DNA from: a virus
Taxonomy: Duplodnaviria > Caudoviricetes
DNA: 64,000 nt
Reading direction: 5' to 3' (one strand)
Virus record (IMG/VR): IMGVR_UViG_3300045391_002348
Location: 16,889 to 80,888 of that record
In this document: positions 8,283 to 18,878 of the stretch, in pieces
How positions within the stretch are numbered: position 1 is the first letter of the stretch
How the letters are laid out: each line of letters starts with the position of its first letter
Notes under the pieces: generated by a model
Seen by the model: the letters and a program-made list of their open reading frames with translations, nothing else
The model's database searches: none
What the model was told of the DNA's origin: nothing
Made by a program: the position numbers and the translations under genes

Positions 8283-10042
8283 TGGCCGACCTTCAAATTA
8301 GTGCATTACTTGGTGGTGTCGGCTCGCTCGCGTCATCAAGTGTAATGAGTAAGGTCGCTGCAGCTACTCTGGCCGGAGTCGCTGTACTTATTGGCAAGGC
8401 CATAGGACCGATCCACATCGACGCTACTCTGCCGGGAGGCAGCGATTTGTCGTCGAGTACCATCGCAATACTCTCAGCGAGCGCCGTCCTCCCGGGGGCG
8501 GGAGGTCACGCTGGTAAGGCCGTCGGTCCTATTCACGTCGATATAGCAATCCCCGGCGAGAGCTCGCTTACTGTCTACAACGTCTACTATCAGCGCTTCG
8601 TCGGCACTGTCGTGTTCTCTCACGAGAACGTGTACGGTGCCGTAGGAGGTCTTCGTCTCGACGCTGAGTGGGTCGGCTCTGATCCAGTGAACCCCGGCAT
8701 TCAATTAAATGCAGGGAGCCAGTTGCTTTACGCCCAGGGAACTGGCCTGGAGAAGGCGTGGGCGGACGTCGAGGCCTACCGCCTCACGTCTACCTATGCT
8801 GAGCTCGTGAGAGATCAGTGGGACCCCTACCAGATCAGTGCCCGCAATCTGGGCTATCTTGCGTGGGCAGTCGGGGTGAACCTCTGGGAGGACGACTGGT
8901 CCGAGGCCTTCAAGCGGCACTGGATCGCCAATCAGTGGACGTACAAGTATCAGCGGGGTTCTCTACTCGGTCTGAAGAACTTCGTCGCGGCCGGTGGGGC
9001 CGAGCTCCGCAGAGCCATCACTCCTCCCGCAATCACGTACCCGCTGCCATCGTTCAGCGATGAAGATCGTGCAGCATATGTGGCCCGATTTCCTCAACTC
9101 CGCCTCTACCCATTTGTAGAGAGGAGCCAGCTGCCGTATCTGTGCTTCTTCGGTCACTTCCGAGGGGACCTCGGCGAGCGGGTGTTCTCCCGCAACGGTT
9201 CCTTCTTCGGGCCGGTCCTTCCGATGTATCCGACAAACCAGGACGCCGGCGGGAAGTATACGAGAACGGCAGCTATTTGGGATCGCGGAATAGAGACCAC
9301 CCTCACGATCCGAAAGATCACAAAGGTAATTACTGGACCGAGCGCAGGCTGGGGCTTCCTCCCAGGAACGAGCCAGTATGATGAGCAAGTCGTACTTCCT
9401 ATGGACAGGAGGTTGTACTTCACGGGGACTGGGTTCCTGTCGAGTGATCCGAATGTCGGAGTGTTTGCTAATAGGGCGACTCCGCTCCGGACCGTGACGC
9501 TCCCGAGGAGCGGACCTATCGAACTCGTCCAGGCGAAGGCGATATACCAGACCGTCCTCCCGAAGGAGGATTTGATCGATCTATATCCAGAGCACGTCAC
9601 ACAGTCCCACCAGGTTCGTCCAACTGAGTTGTATATTGGACGGAAGAACTATCTAACAGGCAAATTCCTCCCCCGCTCTAATGCGTGGCAGTTTTTGTAT
9701 GAGAGGTGGTACTTGTTCGATCCAGACCGGGTGCCCGACAGCCGAAAGGCAAACGTCTACCTCGGTCACTGCCGACTGGGTATTCCGAACTACACGGCAG
9801 AGGCCTTGATAAAAGTTACGACCCATATGCCGACCTTCCGCGTCTATGCCGGGGGCTACGTTCGGGGCTTCCTTAAAGCTCCGGGGGCGCCGGAGGTCGA
9901 CAAGGTGTATCGCGCTGTTCTAGCCTCGATGGCAGTGAGAGACACCGTATTGGTAGATACGACTGTCACGAGGAAAATTCAACTGCGCGATGTGATCACG
10001 GCCGATGGCCGTCACACGGTCGGGCAATTCGTGGAGAACTGA
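8282..10042 (+). CDS. Tail protein I (P2 gpI-like) with N- and C-terminal extensions
   Basis: WDPYQISARNLGYLAWAVGVNLWEDDW...RGSL gpI core. Confidence 0.85.
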   Translation: MADLQISALLGGVGSLASSSVMSKVAAATLAGVAVLIGKAIGPIHIDATLPGGSDLSSSTIAILSASAVLPGAGGHAGKAVGPIHVDIAIPGESSLTVYNVYYQRFVGTVVFSHENVYGAVGGLRLDAEWVGSDPVNPGIQLNAGSQLLYAQGTGLEKAWADVEAYRLTSTYAELVRDQWDPYQISARNLGYLAWAVGVNLWEDDWSEAFKRHWIANQWTYKYQRGSLLGLKNFVAAGGAELRRAITPPAITYPLPSFSDEDRAAYVARFPQLRLYPFVERSQLPYLCFFGHFRGDLGERVFSRNGSFFGPVLPMYPTNQDAGGKYTRTAAIWDRGIETTLTIRKITKVITGPSAGWGFLPGTSQYDEQVVLPMDRRLYFTGTGFLSSDPNVGVFANRATPLRTVTLPRSGPIELVQAKAIYQTVLPKEDLIDLYPEHVTQSHQVRPTELYIGRKNYLTGKFLPRSNAWQFLYERWYLFDPDRVPDSRKANVYLGHCRLGIPNYTAEALIKVTTHMPTFRVYAGGYVRGFLKAPGAPEVDKVYRAVLASMAVRDTVLVDTTVTRKIQLRDVITADGRHTVGQFVEN

Positions 10043-10046
10043 GAAG

Positions 10047-12485
10047 ATGGAACACAAGGTCATATTCCGTGACAACCAGGAGCTGCAAGGCGGTGACCTG
10101 AATAACCAGCAGGACTTCGCCCAGTCTGCGATTGATCACGTCGTCCTCGACACTATCGAGCCGGGTAAGGCCTACTCTGGTTTCGCTCTCACGAAGGGAT
10201 CGGCAACTACGGTTCAGGTCGCTCCCGGCCGCCTCTACTCGGCCGGTGAGGTGTTCGCCCGGGACGAGCTCGTGACTCTGGACCTCTACAACGACCTCCC
10301 TGTCACCACGAAGCGCCAGTTCGCCATCGTCTGCTGGGGCCAGGAAGTAAGTGAGGACATCCAGCCCAGGAACTTCGTAACTGATGCAAAGACAGGAGCG
10401 GCCGAGCCTCAGTCCGTAGCGATGGAAACGACTCGGTATTGCAATGTAAATTATGTGAGAGGGATCGAGAGCGCTGACCCGCAGTTTCCGACTATCGACG
10501 CGAACGTCCTTCTAATCGGTTACGTCCTCTGCGATCCTACAGGTATTCTGACGATCCAGCAGTCAACTGCAACTCAGGTCCCAAACCTGGCCCACGTAGC
10601 GGACGAGGTAGGGGACCTTCAGACCTGGCAGCAGCAGATCAGCGGTGCCATCGACACCCTCCGGACCGACCTTGCAAATATTGCGAGGCGGTTCGATAAC
10701 TACGTCACGACGACGACCTTCCAGAGGCTCGTAGACCTCGTAAATATTATTTACAACAAGGTGTTCTCGCCAGGCACCTACATCTTCTATGGCAATGACA
10801 ACTTCCTGGACGAGACGCAGTCCGCTGTTGGAACGACAGTTGACGGTGCCTACTCAGCCACGGTCCGAGAGGGCCTCAGGTTCCCGGGAGGCGGTGCCGG
10901 CTCGACGGGGGTTCTAGAACTCCTGAATGCAAATGAGCCCGCGATCCAGGCGTATGACACCTTCATACTTCCTAAGCCGTCAGGATCGAGGGTCCGCGTT
11001 GATTGCTCGTTCCCCGACTATACCTGGGTGCTGGAGCGCATCCTGGCAAGCGCCTACTGGGCCTCATTCACGTTCCGCCACCTAACCTGGACGCGCCATC
11101 GACACCGGTGCGGTCCTCACTTCCTCCCCTCTCCCTCGTCGACCATCTGGTGGTATAACTCGGCCAACGATCCCGTCGAGGCGAACCTCTCGATCGACGG
11201 AGAGAGTTGGACGACAGTCCCGTGGTCGACTACAATTGTCCACGACGATCACCCGGACTTTCCGCGGTTTGATAGCAAACGTTTCAAGTTCTTCTGGCAC
11301 GACTTCTGCACGCGACATCACTGGGCGAAGAACTACACGAACTATAGCCACGGAGCTAACATCCATGGTCAGTCGTTCTTGAACTCCCAGGACGGTTGGT
11401 TGGAGAGCATCACGGTGTTCTCGCACAAGACAGACTACTTCCAGCCTCTAACGATCCTCATCGTAGAGTGCGACGACCACGGAGCCCCGGATATGTCCCG
11501 CGGTATCCGTCGCGTCGTACTAGACGCTGACGGGGTGGAGGCTGCGTATGCCGCCCCTGTCGTACAGGGCGACGTCCTCTCGATCAACAACATCGTGTAT
11601 CAGTGGGATGGTAGCTCATACGACGTCCGTATCCCCCGGAACGTGAAGCCCCTCCGGCTCCGCTTCCCCCCTGTGTTCCTGAAGGCCGGTCAGGTCTATT
11701 CATTCCTGCTCCTCTCGACCTATGACCATCAGTTCTCGGTCAGTGATCGAAACGAGGCCTTCCACGTTCATCAGGGGTACTTCTGGTCGTTTGATGGAGT
11801 GGGTCGTCTCGTCAAGTGGACATCTACCGTCAAGTCTCTGAGATTTCGGGCGCACTTTTGTACTTGGGGGCTGTACGGCCAAAACCCAAATACGAACGGT
11901 CAGGTCAATTATGCGATCGATCTCCAGCCGCTCCAGCTCTCTGGCGGCATCGGGTCCATCGACGTCCTGGCCGACACGATCATCCCTCCGGCGACCGACC
12001 TCAGCTATCAAATACAAATCTCAGGGGTGTGGGTCCCGTTCGCTGGCGATCCGGACACCCCGTCCCTGGCTCTGAACCCGGCCCTTCTTCCGTTCCGGGT
12101 CGTGTTCTCTGGGACGACAGACCTTATGCCAGGTCTATCGCTTACAAATAGTCAGGTAAAGTTGGAAAGGGCAATGGCGACGGCCTTCCACCACATCTCG
12201 ACTACGATCACCCTAGGAACCCCCACGAACTCGATCAAGGTCATCGTGAAAATGTTGAACTTCGTCGAGGCCCACCACGATTGTACAATCACTCTCCACT
12301 ACGCCGGACCAACGCACAAGAGTGCGGATGTTGTCGCTGACGTAACACTAGACGACGATACAATCCAGAGGACCGCGACCTTCAACGTATCCTCGGTCTC
12401 CAGTTTTCAGGTAGAGATCGATGGAGCAACCGACGGGGTCGGAGACAACTTCGTCGTCGCCCAGGCCATAAGGTACGCGACCTGA
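10047..12485 (+). CDS. Large baseplate/tail fibre-associated protein
   Basis: Start MEHKVIFRD just after the gpI stop; 812 aa beta-rich; position. Confidence 0.7.
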   Translation: MEHKVIFRDNQELQGGDLNNQQDFAQSAIDHVVLDTIEPGKAYSGFALTKGSATTVQVAPGRLYSAGEVFARDELVTLDLYNDLPVTTKRQFAIVCWGQEVSEDIQPRNFVTDAKTGAAEPQSVAMETTRYCNVNYVRGIESADPQFPTIDANVLLIGYVLCDPTGILTIQQSTATQVPNLAHVADEVGDLQTWQQQISGAIDTLRTDLANIARRFDNYVTTTTFQRLVDLVNIIYNKVFSPGTYIFYGNDNFLDETQSAVGTTVDGAYSATVREGLRFPGGGAGSTGVLELLNANEPAIQAYDTFILPKPSGSRVRVDCSFPDYTWVLERILASAYWASFTFRHLTWTRHRHRCGPHFLPSPSSTIWWYNSANDPVEANLSIDGESWTTVPWSTTIVHDDHPDFPRFDSKRFKFFWHDFCTRHHWAKNYTNYSHGANIHGQSFLNSQDGWLESITVFSHKTDYFQPLTILIVECDDHGAPDMSRGIRRVVLDADGVEAAYAAPVVQGDVLSINNIVYQWDGSSYDVRIPRNVKPLRLRFPPVFLKAGQVYSFLLLSTYDHQFSVSDRNEAFHVHQGYFWSFDGVGRLVKWTSTVKSLRFRAHFCTWGLYGQNPNTNGQVNYAIDLQPLQLSGGIGSIDVLADTIIPPATDLSYQIQISGVWVPFAGDPDTPSLALNPALLPFRVVFSGTTDLMPGLSLTNSQVKLERAMATAFHHISTTITLGTPTNSIKVIVKMLNFVEAHHDCTITLHYAGPTHKSADVVADVTLDDDTIQRTATFNVSSVSSFQVEIDGATDGVGDNFVVAQAIRYAT

Positions 12486-12507
12486 TTTGATTGAGGAGAC
12501 CTAGACT

Positions 12508-12924
12508 ATGTATACAGGAAGCAGCCCGTTCGATGGCCTCACGATATTTCAGATAAAGGCCATCGAGAGCGGGGCCAGGATGGCAGACCCGCCCTATCAC
12601 GACGGAGTCTGGCGCCTCGTGAGGGACCAGTGCACCGGGGACGGTCCGTGGACAGATCGCGTGGTCGGAATCGCCATTGCTACCGCCCTATCCTCCATCG
12701 GAGTCGAGGACCCGCCACTAGGTACAGGACGGCTGTCCTTCGAGTTCACTGTCGGATTCCCAGCAGGGGTCGGAAGGTTAGTCGGGTCTCTGGTCCAGTT
12801 TCATCGACCAACTCTCCTACTCGAAGGAGTAGGAGCTATGCTCGTTCTAGCTATTGCCAAGCTCAAAGTAGGTTCGAGCATACCGGGAGCAGGCTCTCTC
12901 GTCTGCGATGCTATCAAACAGTGA
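12508..12924 (+). CDS. Hypothetical protein
   Basis: SD GAGGAG; in operon. Confidence 0.55.
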   Translation: MYTGSSPFDGLTIFQIKAIESGARMADPPYHDGVWRLVRDQCTGDGPWTDRVVGIAIATALSSIGVEDPPLGTGRLSFEFTVGFPAGVGRLVGSLVQFHRPTLLLEGVGAMLVLAIAKLKVGSSIPGAGSLVCDAIKQ

Positions 12925-12932
12925 GGTAACAG

Positions 12933-13127
12933 ATGGACGATCCGCTATACTATAAAGTTACGATGAAGGCCATGTTCGTGGATCACAACGAGGTTTTCAG
13001 GCCCGGGGTGACCTATAGAGTGACGAAGGCCATCTACGACGGGGCGGTCTCCGGAGCAGGTCCTTATGAGGGAAAGATATTCTCCACGCTCTGCGCAACA
13101 GCCGAGCCGGTATATCCGAGGCAGTAA
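12933..13127 (+). CDS. Small hypothetical tail-associated protein
   Basis: SD GAGG; YKVTM...FRPGVTYRV. Confidence 0.6.
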   Translation: MDDPLYYKVTMKAMFVDHNEVFRPGVTYRVTKAIYDGAVSGAGPYEGKIFSTLCATAEPVYPRQ

Positions 13128-13130
13128 TAG

Positions 13131-14489
13131 ATGCTCAATATCAGCTACCAGACCGACCTGGCTGTCAAGAGCCAGAGGACTGTACTCGACCAGAGCTTCT
13201 TTAACAAGAGGTTCTTGGCGCTGTACTCTGCTCTGCTAGGGATGGACACTCGCATCAGCTCGTTCGAAGTGACCCAGTCCTCCCTCATCCAGCTGGGTCT
13301 GGAGCGGATAAACACGGTACTCGGTCCTCTCCTTACCTCACTTGAGACAGCCCAGCAACTGGGCTTCCTCGTTGGACAGGCTGCGGGAGTCCCACACTCT
13401 CTCGTCGAGGGGGAGGCCGAGGGGTTCGTGATTACGACTGGAGCAGCGCTGTTCACCCCCACGACCTATCTCCTCGCGGAAGATGATACAGATGTCACGA
13501 ACTGGGGCATATTGAAGTTAGACGAGGGTGGTTGGACCCGAGAGACCGGGGACCTCGCTACACACTGCGTCTATGCGAGCCAGACGAAGTCATCGTCGTC
13601 TTGGACTATCTCAGCCAGCGGCGCTGTTCTTCCGGCAATGCAGGACCTTCTCGTTCAGGCAGTAGCTGCCAAGGATGCAGCCGAGGCCGCCGAGAGTACA
13701 GTATCATCAGACATCGCCACCTTGACGGCTCTCATCGCAGCCATCGAGGCCGGTCCGGTGAACTCAGTCGCGGGAAAGACCGGTGCGGTTGTCCTAGCAA
13801 TCGCAGATATAGTAGGACTAACTGACGCTCTAGCTGCCAAGGCCTCGATCACCTCTCTCAACTCAGGTCTGGCCGGGAAGCAGAATTCGTCAGCAAAGCT
13901 CACGTCTCTGGCCGGCCTCACTTGGGCGACTGACAAACTCTTGTACTTCAGCGATGCTTCTACAGCTAATACAGCGGACTTTACAGCATTTGCCAGGACG
14001 CTGGTCGCGTGCACAACGGCCGCTTTAACCCGGACTGCTCTAGGTCTGGGTGCTCTAGCCGTAAAGACCACAGCTCTGTTTGCTGATATAGACACGGCCG
14101 CCGTAGCAACAGCTGCAGAGTTTAGGTCAGGGACCGCCTCGAAGCTGCTAGCTGGTGCGAATGTCTGGGCCGGAGCTGCGTACGTCATCCTAGCCGACAC
14201 GGCTCCGATAGCCCTGGACCTCTCGACTGGTATCAATTTCACTGTCTCTCCGGCTGAGAGCCGACAGATCTCCTTCCCTACGAACCCGAAGCCGGGCCAG
14301 AGTGGTTACATCGACTTCGTTCAACCAGCAGGAGGGGCCGCGGTCCTAACATTCGCGGCTGGCTACACTTTCCCTGGGGGCGTAGCTCCCGTCGTCGACC
14401 CCACTCCCTCGCGGGTTAGTTCACTGTTCTACCACGTGAGGTCTACCAGCGAGGTGAGGGTCTCCATGGCATTCAAAGGTGTTCGATGA
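13131..14489 (+). CDS. Tail fibre protein
   Basis: VNSVAGKTGAVVL, LTSLAGL...FTAFARTLV, ATAAEFRSGT fibre motifs. Confidence 0.85.
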   Translation: MLNISYQTDLAVKSQRTVLDQSFFNKRFLALYSALLGMDTRISSFEVTQSSLIQLGLERINTVLGPLLTSLETAQQLGFLVGQAAGVPHSLVEGEAEGFVITTGAALFTPTTYLLAEDDTDVTNWGILKLDEGGWTRETGDLATHCVYASQTKSSSSWTISASGAVLPAMQDLLVQAVAAKDAAEAAESTVSSDIATLTALIAAIEAGPVNSVAGKTGAVVLAIADIVGLTDALAAKASITSLNSGLAGKQNSSAKLTSLAGLTWATDKLLYFSDASTANTADFTAFARTLVACTTAALTRTALGLGALAVKTTALFADIDTAAVATAAEFRSGTASKLLAGANVWAGAAYVILADTAPIALDLSTGINFTVSPAESRQISFPTNPKPGQSGYIDFVQPAGGAAVLTFAAGYTFPGGVAPVVDPTPSRVSSLFYHVRSTSEVRVSMAFKGVR

Positions 14490-15151
14490 TCCCTGGTATC
14501 TCCGGGATGGGATCGGGTAAGCGAACCCCTGAGGTATCTCTTACTGCTCATCCGAATACTACCACGTCGCAGACGACGGTCACCTTCGCCCTCCAATCAA
14601 TAGGAGCAGCTGATCCTGAGAGGGTGGTTGTCATCGGTATCGTCGCCCGGAATGGAGCAGCTGCGTCGGCTCTGGATATCTCCTCCGTCACTGTCGGGGG
14701 AGTAGTTGCAACACGAACCTACTTCTCGGGTATTGGAGCGACTGACGGAGACAGTCGGTATGTGACATCTTTCTACATAGCAGCCGTCCCGTCCGGGACG
14801 ACTGCCGATATTGTTATAATCTTCTCGGCCTCCTCCCACGAGACGGCCGTCGGAGTCTGGCGTACTATAGGGTTCGATGGTTTATATAGTGGGCAGACCG
14901 CCGACCTAAACCCGCTCACTCTCACCATACCGGCCATCCCGCCGGATGCTCTAGTTCTGTCTATTGCGGGGGTGATGAACCCGACAGGGGGGTTTACGTG
15001 GACGGGTCTTAGCGAGGCCTTCGATGACTCGACAGGTAATCGGTGCTCGGGAGCACAGTTTCTTGGCTATGACGGGGATACGAACCTCGTCGTCGGGGCG
15101 AGCATCATACACTCTGGCGTCGGCAAGATGGCCGCGATAGTCCTGACCTGA
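14486..15151 (+). CDS. Fibre-associated beta-sandwich protein
   Basis: ATGA overlap; SVTVGGVVAT...AAVPSGTTADIVI. Confidence 0.7.
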   Translation: MIPGISGMGSGKRTPEVSLTAHPNTTTSQTTVTFALQSIGAADPERVVVIGIVARNGAAASALDISSVTVGGVVATRTYFSGIGATDGDSRYVTSFYIAAVPSGTTADIVIIFSASSHETAVGVWRTIGFDGLYSGQTADLNPLTLTIPAIPPDALVLSIAGVMNPTGGFTWTGLSEAFDDSTGNRCSGAQFLGYDGDTNLVVGASIIHSGVGKMAAIVLT

Positions 15152-15163
15152 TAGGGAGCTACT

Positions 15164-15382
15164 ATGACTTTAATTACAAACAGTCAGAATATCCGGATCG
15201 ACGATATAACCGAGATAACGATCTCGGACATCGTCGCCGATGAAGACAGCGGAGGGTATGTTCGGAAAGTAAACTTCTTCACAGAGCCCCTCAATCAAGC
15301 AAATAGAACGCCGGTCCTGGTCGTGATGGTATACGGACCCCAGTTGAACCTGGAAGTCCAGACACCGACGTTGAAGTTCTAA
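15164..15382 (+). CDS. Hypothetical protein
   Basis: SD GGGAG; in operon. Confidence 0.6.
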   Translation: MTLITNSQNIRIDDITEITISDIVADEDSGGYVRKVNFFTEPLNQANRTPVLVVMVYGPQLNLEVQTPTLKF

Positions 15383-15396
15383 CAAAGGAGCGTGCA

Positions 15397-17286
15397 ATGA
15401 CTTCGCCTACCTTCGGCCTAGAGTTTATCAAAGTCAACGACCAACCGCAGCCGGTCGTTGGCGCCAACATGGATGTGATCGGTCTTGTCGGTCCCTGCTC
15501 TACGGCGGACGTAGACCGTTTTCCACTCAACACTCCCGTGCTCGTCTACTCGAACGATACGACTCTGGGAAGGGACCTGGGGTCTGACGGCTACCTCCGA
15601 GACGCGATCGAGGCCATCAACACCCAGCTCGCTGACTTCGAGGTAGCAGCCCAGATCGTGATTGTTAGAACTCCGTACGGTACCAGCGGCGACTCAGCCC
15701 TGCGGCTCCAGCAGACGATCGCTAGGATCATGGGTCAGTCCACTGTGGGCTCCGGTATCTGGGCTCTCCTGAAGGCCCCGAACACATTGTTCTGCACTCC
15801 TCGCATCATCGTCTGTCCAGGATACACAGGCCAGATGGCGACTAGCCTGGACACGATCGACATCGATGATATCGGTATCGGTTACATTCCAGGGCAGGAG
15901 TACACAATCACCTTCGAGCCCGGGAACGCCGAGACGAACGGGGCGAACCTCGTCCTCCCGACCGCTCACGCAATCGCCGACTCCCAGGGGTATATCCGTC
16001 AGACCGACATCTTCATTGATAGCTATGGCGCTTGGATGACTGATGAGCCGATAGCGACCCTCCCGGCGCATGACGGCGACCCTATCACCGCTCTCCAGGC
16101 CTCGGGCTCGATCATCTTCTCACAGCAGCCCGGTGTCGGGGCTACGATCACATTGAACGGTTCGGCCGTCTCCTTCGTTTCCAGCGGGGCCAGCGGCCTC
16201 CAAGTAAACATCGGAGTGAACCTGGCGGCCACGATCGACAACCTCGTAACTGTTCTAAACGAGTCATCAGACACGGAGGTCAGCAAGTGCACCTACGCCA
16301 CATTCGGCGGCACTGTCACGATCACGGACGACACCGCCGGAGTCGCGGGGAACGATTACACTCTCGCCACGACGGTAGCCGGGGCCTCAGTGTCCAATAC
16401 TACATTAACCGGAGGAAGGGATGCCGACGCATCTCAGACAGCCACTCTGACAACTACGATCGCCCTTGGAGCGAACCCGGTCGTCGCTGAACTTACACCG
16501 GTCCTTAACCAGCTCATCGCGCACGCTATCGTAGAGAGTGCAGGAACCTCTCAGGTGAACGACGAGCAGTGGCGCTCTACGATGAACAGCCAACGATTGA
16601 TCCCTCTCTCGGGTGGGATCAAGGTAATCGATCCGGATAGCGGAGCGGTCATAGTTCGACCTCTAGCTCCCAGGGTTGCCGGCATCCTGGTTGCCAGGGA
16701 TCACTCAACGGGATACCCATTCCATTCGGCGGCAAACCAGCCCATCCAGGGAGTCGTAGCCCCGGCCAGAACGATCGGGTTCTCCCTCACTGACGGAGCT
16801 ACCGAGGGGCAGGTCCTCCTGGCAGCGAACCTCGGTATCGTGGTCCGAGGCCTGGTCGGTGTCGAGACAGCCATATCGTCCGGTGGCTTCATCTTCATCG
16901 GTACAGACAACGCCGGAGACGACGAGCTCTGGAGGATGTACAACGTGACCCGGGGTCGAGACTACATCCACTTGTCTCTGATGCCGGCACTCCGGACCTA
17001 CCTGGGTCGGACGAATATCACGAAGCACACCGTCATCAGCATCCTCACCACCATATCTGACTTCCTCGGGACGCTGAAGGCCCGGGAGAACATAATCGAC
17101 TTCCGGGTGAAGTTCGACGGCAGCCTGAACACGGCGGACCAGATCAGGCTCGGCCGTCTCACCGTCGGCTTCCAGGCGGAGGAGCCGCCGGTCCTTAAGA
17201 GGATCACGACTATGTCGGCTCGCTACCGTCCAGCAATCGACGCAATGGTCTCCCAGCTGGAGCAGCAACTAAACGTAGCCGCATGA
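15397..17286 (+). CDS. Contractile tail sheath protein with inserted domains
   Basis: DVIGLVG, PRIIVCPGY, FHSAANQPIQGV, NVTRGRDYIHL, GRLTVGFQAEEPP. Confidence 0.93.
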   Translation: MTSPTFGLEFIKVNDQPQPVVGANMDVIGLVGPCSTADVDRFPLNTPVLVYSNDTTLGRDLGSDGYLRDAIEAINTQLADFEVAAQIVIVRTPYGTSGDSALRLQQTIARIMGQSTVGSGIWALLKAPNTLFCTPRIIVCPGYTGQMATSLDTIDIDDIGIGYIPGQEYTITFEPGNAETNGANLVLPTAHAIADSQGYIRQTDIFIDSYGAWMTDEPIATLPAHDGDPITALQASGSIIFSQQPGVGATITLNGSAVSFVSSGASGLQVNIGVNLAATIDNLVTVLNESSDTEVSKCTYATFGGTVTITDDTAGVAGNDYTLATTVAGASVSNTTLTGGRDADASQTATLTTTIALGANPVVAELTPVLNQLIAHAIVESAGTSQVNDEQWRSTMNSQRLIPLSGGIKVIDPDSGAVIVRPLAPRVAGILVARDHSTGYPFHSAANQPIQGVVAPARTIGFSLTDGATEGQVLLAANLGIVVRGLVGVETAISSGGFIFIGTDNAGDDELWRMYNVTRGRDYIHLSLMPALRTYLGRTNITKHTVISILTTISDFLGTLKARENIIDFRVKFDGSLNTADQIRLGRLTVGFQAEEPPVLKRITTMSARYRPAIDAMVSQLEQQLNVAA

Positions 17287-17468
17287 CGGATCGACGCCGG
17301 TTAGCCGGGTGGTACTTCAGGAACAGCTGCACGCATGCTCACTGTCCTCGTGACTGTGAGCATCCGCAGCCGTTCCTGGACGGAGACGACGAACTAATCT
17401 GCGGCCGCTGCTACTTCGTACTGGGCGAGAGGACCCGGATGGTCCCCTGCACCCCCCGAAGTATGTGA
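17283..17468 (+). CDS. Small Cys/His-rich hypothetical protein
   Basis: ATGA overlap; CTHAHCPRDC...CGRC. Confidence 0.5.
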   Translation: MTDRRRLAGWYFRNSCTHAHCPRDCEHPQPFLDGDDELICGRCYFVLGERTRMVPCTPRSM

Positions 17469-17484
17469 CTAGGAGGACAAAGAG

Positions 17485-17580
17485 GTGAAGCACGATCTTA
17501 TAAACTTAGCATTTGCTATCACTGTTCTTATCGGATTTGCTCTGTTCGCCTTCTGGCGAGCGACGAGAAGGTCCGATTAG
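17485..17580 (+). CDS. 31-aa single-pass membrane peptide (below the ORF-track cutoff)
   Basis: GTG start after AGGAGG/AGAG; MKHDLINLAFAITVLIGFALFAFWRATRRSD; TAG ends 2 nt before the next ATG. Confidence 0.6.
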   Translation: MKHDLINLAFAITVLIGFALFAFWRATRRSD

Positions 17581-17582
17581 AT

Positions 17583-17801
17583 ATGAGGTGCACGTACTGC
17601 GGTAGTAAGACCCACACTGAGAAGCTCTGCCCCAAGACCCAATCAGGTTCTTCGGCTAGAGCTCATCTCCGATGCTCATACTGCGGCGGGAGAGATCACG
17701 ACGTTCATGCCTGCCCCAAGACCCACGGTGGGAACGCTATCAGGAGAAACTATCCGGACCTGGTGGCTGACCACTTCGTCCTAGACAAGAGGAGACGATA
17801 G
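17583..17801 (+). CDS. Tandem CCHC zinc-knuckle protein
   Basis: CTYCGSKTHTEKLC and CSYCGGRDHDVHAC both fit CX2CX4HX4C. Confidence 0.8.
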   Translation: MRCTYCGSKTHTEKLCPKTQSGSSARAHLRCSYCGGRDHDVHACPKTHGGNAIRRNYPDLVADHFVLDKRRR

Positions 17802-18401
17802 ATGCCTAACACCTTGCTCACGATGGAGAGCGCTAACCTGTACTGCGGGAAGTCCTCGAAGGACCAGGGAGCCTCGAACCATCTGACTCTGACTGAGATA
17901 CAGCTGCCCATGCTTGAGGAGCAGTATGTCGAGCACCGAGCCGGCGGCGCTCCCGTCGCGATCGAGATCGACACGGTGGTCGGACGCCTGGAGGCGACCT
18001 TCGCCGTCATCGGTTGGACACCTCAGATATCCCAGCTATTTCACAGTTGGGCGACCGACGATAACTACTTCACGATGTACGGTGTCGTCCGCGATCGAGT
18101 GAGCGGCGACGCTCAGCAGGCCGTATCCCTGATGAAGGGAAGATTAGCGAGGTCAGCTCCAACCAACTGGCGCCGTGGTGACGTCCTAAATTGGAACTAC
18201 TCGATCAAGGGTATCACCCACTACGAGCTCGCGCTCTCTGGTGCTGGCCTGATCTACTTCTGGGACTTCTTCACGAACACCCTTCAGGTCGGAGGAAGCG
18301 ACAGGAACGCAAACACGAACTCGCTCCTCGCAACCGGGGCCGTTCACGTCAGTCCCTTGATCGCGATCCCGCAGGGAATGCCGCCGACCGGCGGAGCATA
18401 A
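17802..18401 (+). CDS. Tail tube protein (P2 FII-like)
   Basis: LPMLEEQYVEHRAGG, LEATF, YSIKGITHYEL, IYFWDFFTN. Confidence 0.9.
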   Translation: MPNTLLTMESANLYCGKSSKDQGASNHLTLTEIQLPMLEEQYVEHRAGGAPVAIEIDTVVGRLEATFAVIGWTPQISQLFHSWATDDNYFTMYGVVRDRVSGDAQQAVSLMKGRLARSAPTNWRRGDVLNWNYSIKGITHYELALSGAGLIYFWDFFTNTLQVGGSDRNANTNSLLATGAVHVSPLIAIPQGMPPTGGA

Positions 18402-18404
18402 TAG

Positions 18405-18875
18405 ATGCCGTCGGACGTTCTTAACCGCGACGGCAGCTGGCGGGTCTACCTCAACCACCCCCTCGCCGGTCCGAAGGGCGAGGTGGAGTACATCGAGATC
18501 ACACCGCCCAACTTCTCCCACGCGATCCGGTGGGGAGAGGAGAGCATCCCCTCGACGCTCGCCCTCCTCTCTGAACTATCAGGGCAGTCCGAGAGCCTCC
18601 TCCGCCAGCTGAAATATCCGGACGTGGAACGAGTGATGCTCGCCTTCATGAACATCCTCCCCTCTGTTATTCGGAAGGACTTCGAGAAGGGCGGCCGCCC
18701 TCTCTCGACCCCCAGGGAAGAGCTGAAGGACTTGGGAGCTGATCAGGTAGACCCGCGGTTTCCGCAGCACGAGGGGCCTCTGCAGCGCTTCCAGCAGCCG
18801 CCCCAGGTGAAGGTCCCTGGCGAGGAGGGAGGGATCGCTGACCTGATGCCGGACGCTTTCAAGAAGGTGGGCTAG
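18405..18875 (+). CDS. Tail assembly chaperone
   Basis: Between tube and tape measure; LSELSG...LLRQLKYPDVERV. Confidence 0.8.
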   Translation: MPSDVLNRDGSWRVYLNHPLAGPKGEVEYIEITPPNFSHAIRWGEESIPSTLALLSELSGQSESLLRQLKYPDVERVMLAFMNILPSVIRKDFEKGGRPLSTPREELKDLGADQVDPRFPQHEGPLQRFQQPPQVKVPGEEGGIADLMPDAFKKVG

Positions 18876-18878
18876 TCA

